Position numbers and translations under genes: made by a program. The notes under the pieces are model-generated. The model saw nothing but the letters and a program-made list of their open reading frames with translations. It was not told the DNA's origin and ran no database searches. Below, piece after piece: positions 23,779-37,149 of a DNA stretch of 64,000 nt. The DNA comes from Eledone cirrhosa (taxonomy: Eukaryota). Every line of letters starts with the position of its first letter. Position 1 is the stretch's first letter. The stretch is from assembly GCA_964016885.1 (NCBI GenBank), contig OZ024762.1, positions 2,666,001 to 2,730,000 of the forward strand, in the 5' to 3' direction.

Positions 23779-25660
23779 CATCTTTCTTTGTTTTTATTTA
23801 GACAAAGAGTTTTACAAATAAAGAATTGAAAATAATCCTGAAATAAACTGACTTTATTGTTTATTCACACAAACACACCCATATATATACATAGACACAC
23901 ACACTCACACGGATATACACATAGACACACACTCACAGATATACTCACACTCACACATAATCATGTCTGTTTTTTCTAAGCTGGCACATGTGTTGGATAT
24001 GTCATGTGTTATATTTTACATCACCACCACCACCATCACCACTATCATCATCACCACTACCACCATCATCATCATCATCACCACCACCATCATCATTATC
24101 ATCACCACCACCACCATGATGCGACTTCAAAAGTCCTTCCTCTCTACTCTAGGTTCCTAGTAAACCCTGGTATAGTTATGTCATATCTCATCTGTTTCTA
24201 GATAAACATAAGCCCCTTATTTTCTGTGATATCCCTTATGTACCCAGTTTAACCTATCTATCCAGTTTAACCTATGTACTCAGTTAACCTTTTCCTCACC
24301 ATATTTCTCATGAAATACTCTGCCTCTAATTGGTAATTAGTTGTGAAAATAATCAAGAACTTTCTTGTTATTAAGCTATGATTGGCTATAGAATCGGTAG
24401 AGCATTAGGGCAACATGTTTGTGGCAGAGTTACGGCTGTTTATGTCTCGAGTTCAAAATCCGCAAAGGTTAGCTTTGCTTTTCATCCTTACCGATTCAAT
24501 AAAATAAGCCACCAGTAACATACTGGGGGTCGATTAAATGAACTTCCCCCTCTCCCAAAACTGCTGGCCTTGTGCCTAAATCAGAAACCATTATTTTTCT
24601 TCAAAATATATACCCATATGTCGGTAAATGGGGTATTGGTGGGAATTAGTACAAACAATAGGGGTACATATGTTCCTTTGTTCTACAGGTCACAGAAAAG
24701 TAGTTAGTGGGCTGCATGTGGTCCTCGGGGTCATGTTTGAGGAGACCCCTGTGTGCTATATCTAGCTCTATAGCTAGCTCTAGTCTATGGTACCCCATAT
24801 GTACCTAGTTTCACCTCTGTACCCAGTCATCTGTAATATAACCTCTCTAATAGATTTATTAAATAATACCTCTCAGATTCTCACTTAGAGCTGTTACTTA
24901 AATTCTACTTAACATGTTTGCTCCCCTGAAAACAGATGTGGTGGTGGTGGTGGATATTGTGGTGGTGGTGGTGGATATTGTGGTGGTGGTGGATATTGTG
25001 GTGGTGGTGGTGGATATTGTGGTGGTGGTGGTGGTGGATATTGTGGTGGTGGTGGTGGATATTGTGATGGTGGTGGTGGATATTGTGGTGGTGGTGGTGG
25101 TGGATATTGTGGTGGTGGTGGATATTGTGGTGGTGGTGGTGGATATTGTGGTGGTGGTGGTGGTGGATATTGTGGTGGTGGTGGTGGATATTGTGATGGT
25201 GGTGGTGGATATTGTGGTGGTGGTGGTGGTGGATATTGTGATGGTGGTGGTGGTGGCCATTATGTGGTGGTTGTTGTTGTTGTGGGGGTGGTGTGGTGTT
25301 GGTGTGGCATTTGGGGGCTGTGATGTTGTTGTTGTTGTTGTGATGGCAGCTATGGTGTTGTGGAGTGGTGTTGATGAGGCTATGCTGTTGTGGTGGTGGT
25401 GATGGTGGTGTTGGCTGTTGTGGTGATGGTGTCAGCAGCTATGGCTATGGTATGGTGGTGGTGTTGGCTGTGGTTTTGTGGTGGTGGTGTTGGCTAGATA
25501 GAATGTGTGGGTGGTAACTGGCTGCTACACTTTTGACCAATCAGCTGTTGGTAATGTGTGTGTTTCTTATATTTCACCATCACTACCCCCCACCCCCCGA
25601 CACCCTACCCCCACCGCACCCTTTCTCTCTCACTCTCTGATACTATCTATCTTGGTGCTA

Positions 25661-25674
25661 GTTACCACGGCAAC
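25661..25674. promoter_or_regulatory. RFX X-box-like motif GTTACCACGGCAAC
   Basis: Fits the GTNRCC-N(0-3)-RGYAAC consensus; lies in unique intronic sequence. Motif match only. Confidence 0.35.
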
Positions 25675-25757
25675 CAGATCTACCTCACAGAATATGCTCA
25701 CAGACTCAGGTATTTCTTTCAGAACTGACTGATGGTAACTCTGTGGTACACTGTAGT

Positions 25758-26205
25758 TATAATGGTGGCCTGGTGGTTAGGGTGTATGGTTTACCATTAT
25801 AATGGTGGCCTGGTGGTTAGGGTGTATGGTTTACCATTATAATGGTGGCCTGGTGGTTAGGGTGTATGGTTTACCATTATAATGGTGGCCTGGTGGTTAG
25901 GGTGTATGGTTTACCATTATAATGGTGGCTTGGTGGTTAGGGTGTATGGTTTACCATCATGATGGTGGCCTGCTAGTTAGGGTGTTGGACGTTATGATCA
26001 TAATGTTGTGGGTTCTGTTCCTGGACCTGGGTTGTGTTCTTTATCAAAACACTTCATCTCATGTTGTTCCAGTATACTCAGCTGAAAGTGAGTACTAGCA
26101 GTAGTAACTAAGAAGCTAAACCTGCGATGGTCTAGCATCCTCTCCAGGGGAGAGTCTTATATGGTCAGTTGTTTAATGCCACAGACAACCAGTGAAAAGC
26201 ACTGG
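25758..26205 (+). mobile_element. SINE family A-related copy with tandemly amplified 40-bp head
   Basis: TATAATGGTGGCCTGGTGGTTAGGGTGTATGGTTTACCAT x5, running into a SINE body with GGTTCTGTTCC and the core domain. Confidence 0.72.
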
Positions 26206-26534
26206 CTGCCATGTCCTAAAGACTGTTATAAATAGGATGGGAGTGAGGACTGAGTCCTGTTGAAGCCCTACCTGCATGTTAAATTTATCTGTAAAGTGGT
26301 CATGTAGGTGTTACGACAATAAGCACCCAGTCCACACTGTAAATGTGGTTGGCATTAGTTAGGGCATCCAGCTGTAGAAAACAAGCCAAAATCAGTTCTG
26401 TATATGGGAATTAACGTCCTCTGACCTGATCTCTCACCAAGGGCCTGCCCATACTACCCATGCTGGCGTGGAAAATGGACATTAAACGATGATGTTAACA
26501 CAAGGGTTGTTATATAATAGGTGGATAAAATATT

Positions 26535-26970
26535 AGATAGGTCTACATGAGATAGGTCTTAGATAGGTCTACATGAGGTAAATCTACATGAGATAGGTCT
26601 GCATGAGGTAGGTCAACATGAGATAGGTCTACATGAGGTAGGTCTTAGATATGTCTACATGAGGTAAGTCTACATGAGGTAGGTCTACACGAGATTGGTC
26701 TACACGAGATTGGTCTACATGAGGTAGGTCTACATGAGGTAAGTCTACCTGAGATAGGTCTACATGAGGTAGGTCAACATGAGATAGGTCTTAGATAGGT
26801 CTACATGAGGTAAGTCTACCTGAGATAGGTCTACATGAGGTAGACCAACATGAGGTAGGTCTACACGAGGTAGGTCTACACGAGATAGCTCTACACGAGA
26901 TAGCTCTACATTAGATAGCTCTACGTGAGATAGGTCTACATGAGGTAGGTCAACATGAGGTGGGTCAACA
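26535..26970. repeat. 15-bp minisatellite GTCTACATGAG(A/G)TAG
   Basis: Direct reading, more than 25 units. Confidence 0.93.
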
Positions 26971-27446
26971 TTTGTTAATTGCCCAGTCACGAGGAGGAAG
27001 ATTGAGGAAACAGACATTATGACAAGTTAAACAAATACTGAAAAATTCTTCCATTGGTACAACTTCATAACAACAACAACGTTACAACAACAAGGTCACA
27101 ACAACAACGTCACAACAACAACAACAACTTCACAACAATTATGATAACAATAATTAGGCTAATAATAATAATAATTCTGATAATAAAGTAGAATTATTTT
27201 TGTTTAATTCAGTGTCTTTGTTCTTCATATATTGTTTCCTTTATTGGATAACATCCGAGTTTCTTTTGTAACAGCTACACACATGTATATATAGTTGTAT
27301 ATACATAGTCATATATACATACACATATACATACAGTTATATATACAGTCACATACATAGTTATATATACACACATACATATATACGCACCTATATACAT
27401 ACATATATACATACATATACACATACATATATCTAGTTATATACGT

Positions 27447-27478
<32 letters not shown>

Positions 27479-28020
27479 GTATGTCTACAACTGTATATAT
27501 ATAACTATATATATATATAACTATATATATATATATATACAGTTATATATATACAGTTGTATATATACACAGTTATATATACACACACACACACACACAC
27601 AGTTATACATGCACATTCAGTTATACACACGCAAACCGAGATGCATACACATGTGCACACAGATGTACCCCTCTCCATCTGACATGCACCCCACAAACAC
27701 CCAGACTTATATATATATATACTGTATGTATATATATATATATTAATGAGGTAGAGATTCGACCATGCATTGAGTTTTACTCTTATTTGCGGTCTTCCCA
27801 GTCCCCAAACTGCAGACATACAATATATATATATATATAGGCGCCGTTGTAATAACTGACCTTAATAATAATACTGATTATATATATATATATATATATA
27901 CACATTGTATATATTGTCTATATGACGTTTTCTTTCCAGTCTGACAATTAACAATAAAGCATTAAATATGGCTACTTGGCTAAACTGTTAGAGCGCCATG
28001 AAAGAAGTGATTTTTGTTAT

Positions 28021-28830
28021 TTAACCCTTCCAATACCATATTTCTAATGAAAGACACTGTCTATGTCATTAACCCTTTCATTACCATATTTCTAATGAAA
28101 GACACTGTCTATGTCATTAACCCTTTCATTACCATATTTCTAATGAAAGACACTGTCTATGTCATTAACCCTTTCATTACCATATTTCTAATAAAAGACA
28201 CTGCCTGCCTTTAACCCTTTCACTACCATATTTCTAATGAAAGTCACTGTCTATGTCATTAACCCTTTCATTACCATATTTCTAATGAACGACACTGTCT
28301 ATGTCATTAACCCTTTCATTACCATATTTCTAATGAAAGACACTGTCTATGTCATTAACCCTTTCATTACCATATTTCTAATGAAAGACACTGTCTATGT
28401 CATTAACCCTTTCATTACCATATTTCTAATAAAAGACACTGCCTGCCTTTAACCCTTTCACTACCATATTTCTAATGAAAGACACTGTCTATGTCATTAA
28501 CCCTTTCATTACCATATTTCTAATGAAAGTCACTGTCTATGTCATTAACCCTTTCATTACCATATTTCTAATGAAAGACACAGTTTATGTCTTTAACCCT
28601 TTCATTACCATATTTCTAAAGAAAGACACTGTCTATGTCTTTAACCCTTTCATTACCATATTTCTAAAGAAAGACACTGTCTATGTCTTTAACCCTTTCA
28701 TTACCATATTTCTAAAGAAAGACACTGTCTATGTCTTTAACCCTTTCATTACCATATTTCTAAAGAAAGACACTGTCTATGTCTTTAACCCTTTCATTAC
28801 CATATTTCTAATGAAAGTCACTGTCTGTGA
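28021..28830. repeat. 48-bp minisatellite beginning TTAACCCTTT, ~17 copies
   Basis: Unit TTAACCCTTTCATTACCATATTTCTAATGAAAGACACTGTCTATGTCA; variants cluster along the array. Confidence 0.95.
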
Positions 28831-29894
28831 TTTTCAAATAAATTTGAAAATGAAGAATTTCAAGAGATTTAGTAACATAACATAACTTTTTCATTATTAA
28901 GCTGGTGTCTGGAATATAATTTATCAAAAGTTCTTTAGGATGGTTTTTAGATAATGATAATGATAGTGATAGTAGTGATGGTGATGGTGGTGATGATGAT
29001 AATGATAATAAAGGGAGTGGTGATGATAATGGTAGGGATTATAGTGATGGTGGTGATGATGGTGATGATAATAATGGTGGTGATGATGATTCTGATGGTG
29101 ATGACAATGATGATGATTGTAATGATGATGGTGATGGTGATGTTGATGGTGATAGTGATGATGGTGGTGATGATAGTGGTGGTGATGGTGGTGGTGATGG
29201 TGATGGTGGTGATGATAGTGATGATGATGGTTGTAATGATAATGATAGCGATAATGGTGATGATGATAGTGATAATGATGGTGATGATGATGGTGGTGGT
29301 GGTAATAATGGTGATGATGATGATAAAGATAGTTTCGATGTTGAAACTAACATCTTGCTCGGATTACGTAACTACATGGGGTGGTGGTGGTGGGGTTTAA
29401 GGAACAGAAAGTTAGGGTGGGTGGCGGGAGGGGTGGAATGGCCCTCCCTGGGACTCTTTGAGAGTATTTTCATAAATGTTCACGTTACATCATAAATCAG
29501 CGAAACCTTGTTTAAAACCATGTTTCTGTAGATCCCTTGTGTGTAGGTACCCCACCTGCTACATCCACCCTACCCCACCTGCTATATCCACCCTACACCA
29601 CCCTCATTACATCATCTCTCTTGTAATCTTCTATCTCAGGGCTTAGTTGTTTTATTTTATTTTATTTCAACCGTTATCTCTTCAAGAATCAGGTGTCATT
29701 CTCCATAAAGATGTCTTAATTTGGTACAAGAATGGCACCATTTGAATATGTTTGTAGTTACGGCTAAGAATAGGTAAATATATATATATATATATATATG
29801 TGTATATGTGTGTGTGTTTGTGTATCTAGGCACACCCCCTATTCTGAATTCTAAAGACATAGTCATACTGGCTATTTTTGAAACTATATACATG

Positions 29895-30200
29895 GAGGCA
29901 CATGGCTTAGTGGTTAGAGCATTGGGCTTGCAATCGAAAGGATGTGAGTTCAATTCTCAGACGGGTGATGTGTTGTTTCCTTGAGCAAGACACTTTATTT
30001 CACATTGCTCCAGTTTACTCAGCTGTAGAAATGAGATGATAGGGACCCCAGTCCCTATCATTCCACTGTAAAGTGGTCGTGTAGGCGCGATGGAAAAAAA
30101 GCTCCCAGCACTCACTATAAATGAGGTTGGTGGTAGAAATCAAGCCAGAATCAGTTCCCATCCCACCCTTGCAAGCAGGGAAGAAGCGGACGTAAAATGA
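29895..30200 (+). mobile_element. tRNA-derived SINE family A
   Basis: Same head, core and 3' part as 5447-5836. Confidence 0.85.
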
Positions 30201-30264
30201 ATACATACATATATACACCATTTAAGTTACACTGTTTACCAATGGGTACAACTGGCGATTCCAG

Positions 30265-30317
<53 letters not shown>

Positions 30318-30659
30318 ATTATATCATTATTATCTTCGGTGTATTGGTAGAGGGTCGGATGCCATGCTTTGACGTATAGAGTTACGGCCCTTGCCATTCT
30401 GAGTTCAAATCCCGCCGAGGTTAACTTTGCCTTTGATCCTTACGGGGTCGATAAAATAAAGTACCAGTAATGCACTGGGTAATTGCTGGCCTTGTGCCTA
30501 AAGTAGAAACAATTATCCTTTTTATGTCCGTTGCATGGGTTGGACGAGTCTTCTCCAACACAAACTCCTTCCTTTGTCATCTCTCATCTGTGTTTCAGTG
30601 TTTTCAGATCTGCTCCCACCATCCCTGCCTAGGTCTATCTTGGTCTTTACTTTAATACT

Positions 30660-31190
30660 GTAATGTCTTCACAACAATCTGTCCACTAAGAAAGATACTA
30701 TAAACATTTGAACTAACAAACCACATGAAACTGCAGTATTAAGACATTCTTGACTGTAAATTTTTACAACAATCTGTCCACTGGTAAAGATATGGAAATA
30801 TTTTAATAAACAAACCACATAAAACCACATTAGTAAGTACAAAACAACAGTATGACTGCTTCACAATAAATATTAAAGCTGTTTGTATAATAGTGAATAC
30901 ATTTTCACACAATCTGTCAACTGGAAAAGATACTATAAACATATTTGAATATTAGCAAGTACAAAACAATACTATGACTGCTCACATTAGATATTAAAGT
31001 CTTAACTTTAATACAGTAAATTTTCACAACAATCTGTCCACCAGTAAAAATACTATAAACATTTAGTACAAAACAACACTATGGCTACATCACATTAAAT
31101 ATTAAAGTCTTTACTGTAATACTGTAAATTTTCACAACAATCTGTCCACCAGTAAAGATACTATAAACATTTGAATTAACAAACATGTTT
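30660..31190. repeat. Degenerate ~110-120-bp tandem repeat
   Basis: CACAACAATCTGTCCAC..GTAAAGATACTATAAACATTT recurs five times; a related monomer lies at ~1180-1290. Confidence 0.8.
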
Positions 31191-32039
31191 TTAGATTTTT
31201 TTCTGCTGAATTTATTACAGGATGTTAAGCATTAAGGAAACTCTACCCCCCCAGTAATACACCCCCAACCCCTCAGAAATACACCCCCAACCCCTCAGAA
31301 ATACACCCCCAACCCCCAGAAATACACCCCAACCCCCAGAAATACACCCCTCTCTGCATCCTTTGCATCAAATCTCACTCCCTCTAATGTGCACTGTTAG
31401 GGATCAGCTGTCTCTAATCCCCTCCACCAACTGCAGGAGTGGGAGATGGTGGAATGGGTACCAAAAGAGAGGGCTGGGAAGTGGGACAAGCCCTTCAAAC
31501 CCCACTCCACCTTGCTCACGCCCATAAAGTTCTGCTCCTGAAATTTATGGTTTTCTAATTTATCATAAATAGAAACAAATTAAGGATTGAAGAGGGTGGT
31601 GGTGTTGTTGGTGGAGGTGGTGTTGGTAGTAGTGGTGGCAGTGTTGCTGGTGGTATTAGTGGTGGTGTTAGTGGTGGTGATGGTGGTGTCAGTAGTGCTG
31701 GTGGTATTAGTTGTGGTGGTGTTAGTGGTGGTGTTAGTTGTAGTGGTGATGTTAGTGGTGGTGGTGTTAGTGGTAGTGGTGGTGTTGGTGGTGGTATTAG
31801 TGGTGGTGTCAGTGGTGGTGTTAGTGGTGGTGTTAGTGGTGGTGATGGTGGTGTGAGTAGTGGTGGTGGTATTAATGGTGGTGGTGGTGGTGATGGTGGT
31901 GTCAGTAGTGGTGGTAGTGGTGATGTTAGTGGTGGTGGTGTTAGTGGTGGTGGTGTTAGTGGTAGTGGTGGTGGTGTTAGTGGCGGTGGTGGTTAAACCT
32001 CTCTCCCACACCCCCTCCATCCTACCCACCTTTCACCTC

Positions 32040-32750
32040 CATATCTTCAACATGGCTATACGTCTGATGGTAACAATACCCTCGTCTCTTTCCTCCGACT
32101 AAAACATTACACGTCCATACTTTATTTATACATTTTCTCACTCCGAAGCTATTTTTTTCTCTCTAGTTCTGCCACAGTTTCGGCATCAAGGGCCAAATCG
32201 TTATCGTTGAGTAACTTCCACAAACAGCCACACTTGAATTCCTCTGTTAGGGCCTCAATGGTGATAATAAACAGGATGTGGCTGAAGACTGTGCCCTGTT
32301 GAAGCCCTAACTTCATGCTAATTTCCTCAGTTATGGTCTCTAGGACTATAATAAACAGAATGGGGTTGAGGACTGAGCCCTGTTGAACCCCTACCTTCTG
32401 GCTAAATTCCACTGTTATGTCCTGAAGTACCATAATAAACAGAATGGGGCTTCCTTCCACTGGCATTTTCTGGCACTTCTTCACTCATCGACAATCATCC
32501 ATACACATCACATATCCATACCAGCACAGTTGCCTCTCTTCCACACCACCTTGGATTCTTCTTAAATGCAGCTCATCCTTCAGTTCATCCAAGCTCTGAC
32601 TTTTTCTCACATTTACATTACACATCCATTGACACATGGCTGCTTCATTTCTCTCCAGTCTACATGTCTTCTGCAGTCACTGACCATGTTTCACTACCAT
32701 GTAGCATTGCACTTTGCACACAGGCGTCATACAGTTGTATTTTGTACACA
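32040..32750 (-). mobile_element. RTE-clade LINE RT fragments
   Basis: VGVQQGSVLNPILFIIVLE (duplicated), KLLNDNDLAL, KIQLYDACVQSAMLHGSETW. Confidence 0.75.
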
Positions 32751-34330
32751 GTGACACAGACAGACAGACGCCGACACACACACACACACACGACACACAC
32801 ACACACACAGACTCCAACACACACACTGACACACACATACAGACACAGACTCCGACACACACACAGACTGAGTGTCGTTAGTGTAGGAGGACTTGATGAA
32901 AAGCCTGAGGTGTTTAGCCTTGTTCTGCACACACAAATTAATTAACAATAATCAGTAATAATTGGATAGTCATAAGTAAATCGCTGTGTACCGGAAATGG
33001 AGTTCACTGGAAATTTGTGAGGGTGGTGTGTGTGTGGGGGGGGGGGGGGGGGGGCGTCTATAGGGGGTATTTTACCCAATTTTCTAAACTGTGTTTACAG
33101 CTATTTTCCTGTGTTGGACATTTTCTAAGCATATATCTATACAGGGTGTCCCCCCAAAAAATGAATACATTTATTTATTAGAATGCTGTTGAAGTGTGTA
33201 TACATTTTTTGGGGACACATATATACGTGATGTGTGTATATATATATCTATATCTATCTATCTATCTATCTATCTATATATATATTGTACACACGCATGC
33301 ACACACACACAGATATATACATGTGTGTATGTACCTGATACAATTTAATGTTGGACTCTGGGTGTGGTGGAGACATGGAATGAGGGATACTGTTTATTGC
33401 CTTCCTCTAACTGTAGGGGGTGGAGATGGGTGTTGGTTGTATTTGTATGAGGGTGGGAGCACTAGGTTGGGGTGGGGGGAACACTGAAGCTGCATTTAGC
33501 CACATATCACTTTCTTTCCTAACTTCAGCCCCTCCCCCCCAGTGGCTTCCTTATTGCCTACATTCTTACCCCCACAAGCCCCACACCCTGGGGCATCCCT
33601 TACAGCCAGGGATGTGCTAGCTTCTGCAGGCACACCTATCTAAAATCCCCTTTCTCTCTCTCACATACAAACACACATACATATATTCTCATACACATAC
33701 TGTATAGATATGCATATACACACTCCCAAACACACACACACACACTCACAAACACACACACTCACAAACACACACACACACACACACACTCCCAAACACA
33801 CACACACACACACAGAGACAATCTTTTCCCCAAATTCCTTTCCCCAGCTTCCCTCTATCATTTCTTCCATTTCACTCTCACTCAAACCTCATTTCTATCC
33901 CACTGGCCCCAGTTAACCTTACACTCACACTTACACTATCAGCTACACACACCAACCTACACTCCACTCTGACATGCCTTCATCCCGTCCCCACCTTAAC
34001 TTCCTCCATCCACAGATCCAGCTTCTCTCTCTCTCTCTTCAACCACACAACTCCCTGCCCTTCCATTAAATTGATGTCTAAATACAGCCCCTTAAACCCA
34101 AAATGATGTTTGGATGTTTACCTTGCAGTTTTTTATCAATCAAATTAACCTACAAGATCCCAGACCACATTTATTTACTGGGTGGGGTGGAACTCATCAA
34201 ATTGGACCAAGGAAACAATGTTCCCATTTGTCTTTCCATTGCTGACACTATCTACCGGCTGCAACTCCTCGTAGAATCAGTTATGCACAATAAATATAAT
34301 ATATATGTATATATATGTAGTCTATATATA

Positions 34331-34588
34331 TATAGACTGGTAAACCATACACTATAGACTGGTATACCAAACACTATAGACTGGTATACCATACTATACA
34401 CTATAGACTGGTATACCATACTATACACTATAGACTGGTATACCAAACACTATAGACTGGTATACCATACACTATAGACTGGTATACCATACACTATAGA
34501 CTGGTATACCAAACACTATAGACTGGTATACCATACTATACACTATAGACTGGTATACCATACACTATAGACTGGTATACCAAACACT
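34331..34588. repeat. 21-29-bp minisatellite ACTATAGACTGGTATACCA..., just upstream of the exon 2 acceptor
   Basis: About 11 units, ending ~50 bp before 34636. Confidence 0.9.
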
Positions 34589-34636
34589 CCTCAAATAACT
34601 AAACCAGTTCTTACATTTTGTTTTAATCTTTTTCAG

Positions 34637-35317
34637 ATTCCCAAAGAGAAGGAGAGCAAGGGTGATATTGAAGGAGAGCAGGAAAGGGTCAGAGATGGTC
34701 AGAATGCCTTGCCACGTCGAACTGGCTCATTGGTTACATCCTCAATGCAGACAGTTGTCGGTCCATCACAGCCTCCGATCAGCTCAATCAGTGGCACACC
34801 AGTCTCGTCCTCGACCGGCTTCGTTAGCAGCTCCACTAACACAACCACCACCACCACCACCACCAGTAGTAGCACAACGACGACAACCACCACCTCCGCC
34901 TCAACGACAGCCACTGCTGTTGCCCACACCATCACCACGAGCAGCACGGGCACCACTAGCACCAATACGACTGCCAGTGGTTCTAGTAACTTCTCGCCAC
35001 AGATCGCATCCACGTCTACCAATACAACAATTAGCAGCTGCGGTACCTCGCCGACCAGCTTGTCCCCGAGTACGGCCACGACAAGGACTGTAGCGGTTGT
35101 GGCAAAGTCTTCAAAGCCGTCCCTTAAACCACAACATCCTTCCAAACAGTCCCAAGTGCCTAACACGGTCATTGTGTCCATTCCTCAGTTTTACTTCCCA
35201 AATGGAAGACCGATGCCCAGTGAACAAGTTGAAGCTGTTCTTCAGAATGTGGCAGCTGTCTTTGCAAAAGCAGAAGGCGGGAAAATCTATAAAAATAACA
35301 TGACTCTCATTGTCAAG
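34637..35317 (+). CDS. PPP2R3B: PP2A B'' subunit, coding exon 2 (Thr/Ser-rich linker plus IPQFYFPNGRP motif)
   Basis: Acceptor TCTTTTTCAG at 34636, 227 open codons, donor AAG|GTAAGG at 35318, phase 0/0. Ends SIPQFYFPNGRP...MTLIVK, matching the B''-family FYF motif (IPTFYFPRGRP...MGLVAK). Confidence 0.93.
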
Positions 35318-35596
35318 GTAAGGATCCTTTTACTTCTCACCATATTGCAGTTTTGCTGGTCTTATTAATGCCTTAGGTAGAGGTGGGGCCCTGCAGTCTG
35401 CATTTCATACTGTGAAATCCTGTGGTGGGCCTCTGCAGTCTGCATTTCATACTGTGAAATCCTGTGGTGGGCCTCTCACCTGTCCTGGGAGGGTTGGGAT
35501 GGGCACACAAAAATTATGTATCCCGAGACCCCAAAGAGGGTTCAGAAGGGAGCAAATCCTGACAATTGTCAAGGTTAAGGGAAAAAATAAAATTCT

Positions 35597-35835
35597 TTAA
35601 TCCTTTAGCATTCGAACCGGCCATATCCAGCCTGAATTCTCTCACCTCTTTCTGTTCAAACCAACCATAACTGGCCGTTCATACTGATGGTAAGGTATTG
35701 CTCTCAAAATAAATATCAAAATCTCATAGATTCGATATTACATGAGATAATTATGTGAGGTAATTATGTGAGGTAAAGCCTTTACTGTGAAAATACAATA
35801 GTAAATATAGAGTAATGTAAATGTTAAAGGGTTAA
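35597..35835. mobile_element. piggyBac-like MITE (TTAA-flanked)
   Basis: TTAA-TCCTTTAGCATT ... AATGTTAAAGGG-TTAA. Confidence 0.7.
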
Positions 35836-36603
35836 CTTTGTTTTTTGTAACCTTTTTGATAAGAACCTACCTTCAAACAACTTCAGTTTTCTGACAACAT
35901 TTCTTGTAGTGAAATGTTCACATTTAACTGTTTTGGTTCCTAACTATCTTTGATACAAACTTTGATGGGATTGTGGTGTGAGGCAGTTTTGACAATGTTT
36001 ACTGTTCTAGCACTACACACACACACACACACCCACAACAACACCTACACACACTCCCACAGCAACACCTACACACACACACACCCACAACAACACCTAC
36101 ACACACTCCCACAGCAACACCACACCACTAATTAGGTCAGCTAGGTAGCAGAAGCTATCAACTACTTCTATTGAGAGAGGCACCTGAGCAGTTCGTTGAC
36201 ATTTCAGTGGCATCCCTCCTGTTAATTAACACCTGTACATATATTACACCTGAGGTCATGGCTCTCTGCCAGATACATTAACGCATCTCTTCAGTACTCA
36301 TTTCTTTACACTGGAGGTCACAGCATCCTCTTCTTACTTCCTCTCATACACACACACATCATTATTATCATTGTCATCATCATTTTTATGTCAACTTTTC
36401 TATGCTGGCAGAAAGTAGACGAGACTTTTTGAGGCAATGTTTTACAATCGGACCCAGTCCACACTGTAAATGTGGCTGGCGTTAGGAAGGACATCCAGCT
36501 GTAGAAACCAAGCCAGAACATGATCTGGCTTGTCTCACAACAGGACAACTCATCTAACCCATGCTAGCATGGAAAATAGATGTCAAACAGTGATGATGAT
36601 GAA

Positions 36604-36640
<37 letters not shown>

Positions 36641-36747
36641 CTGTTGCGTAGCTTCTTTCTTGGTACCAGTCTCTGCTACCTCTATTATTTCCAGTCTTTC
36701 CATGCCTGTCTCTTGGTTTTAATGGCTGCATCTACTACAGTATGATG

Positions 36748-36778
<31 letters not shown>

Positions 36779-37074
36779 CATGCTAGTAGGGCCCCTACCA
36801 TGAAAAAATGCCACCTATTTAAATCAAAATCTTAAGATGAATTTTCATTACACTTAATGAATGACATTTCCAGATTATTTTTCTCCTGGTTGTGGTGGTG
36901 GTGATAGTTGTGGTCGTGGTGGTGGTGGGGTGCTGCTGATAGTGTGTGCGAGTGGGTGTGTGGTAGTGGTTGTGGGGCTCTGTGTAATGGCTTCATCAAT
37001 GTGGGGGAGGGTGTGTTTGGTGGGTGTAATGTGGAAGTTCTTGAAAAAAGATCAAAGTGGGCAATATTTCTTTT

Positions 37075-37145
<71 letters not shown>

Positions 37146-37149
37146 TTGT

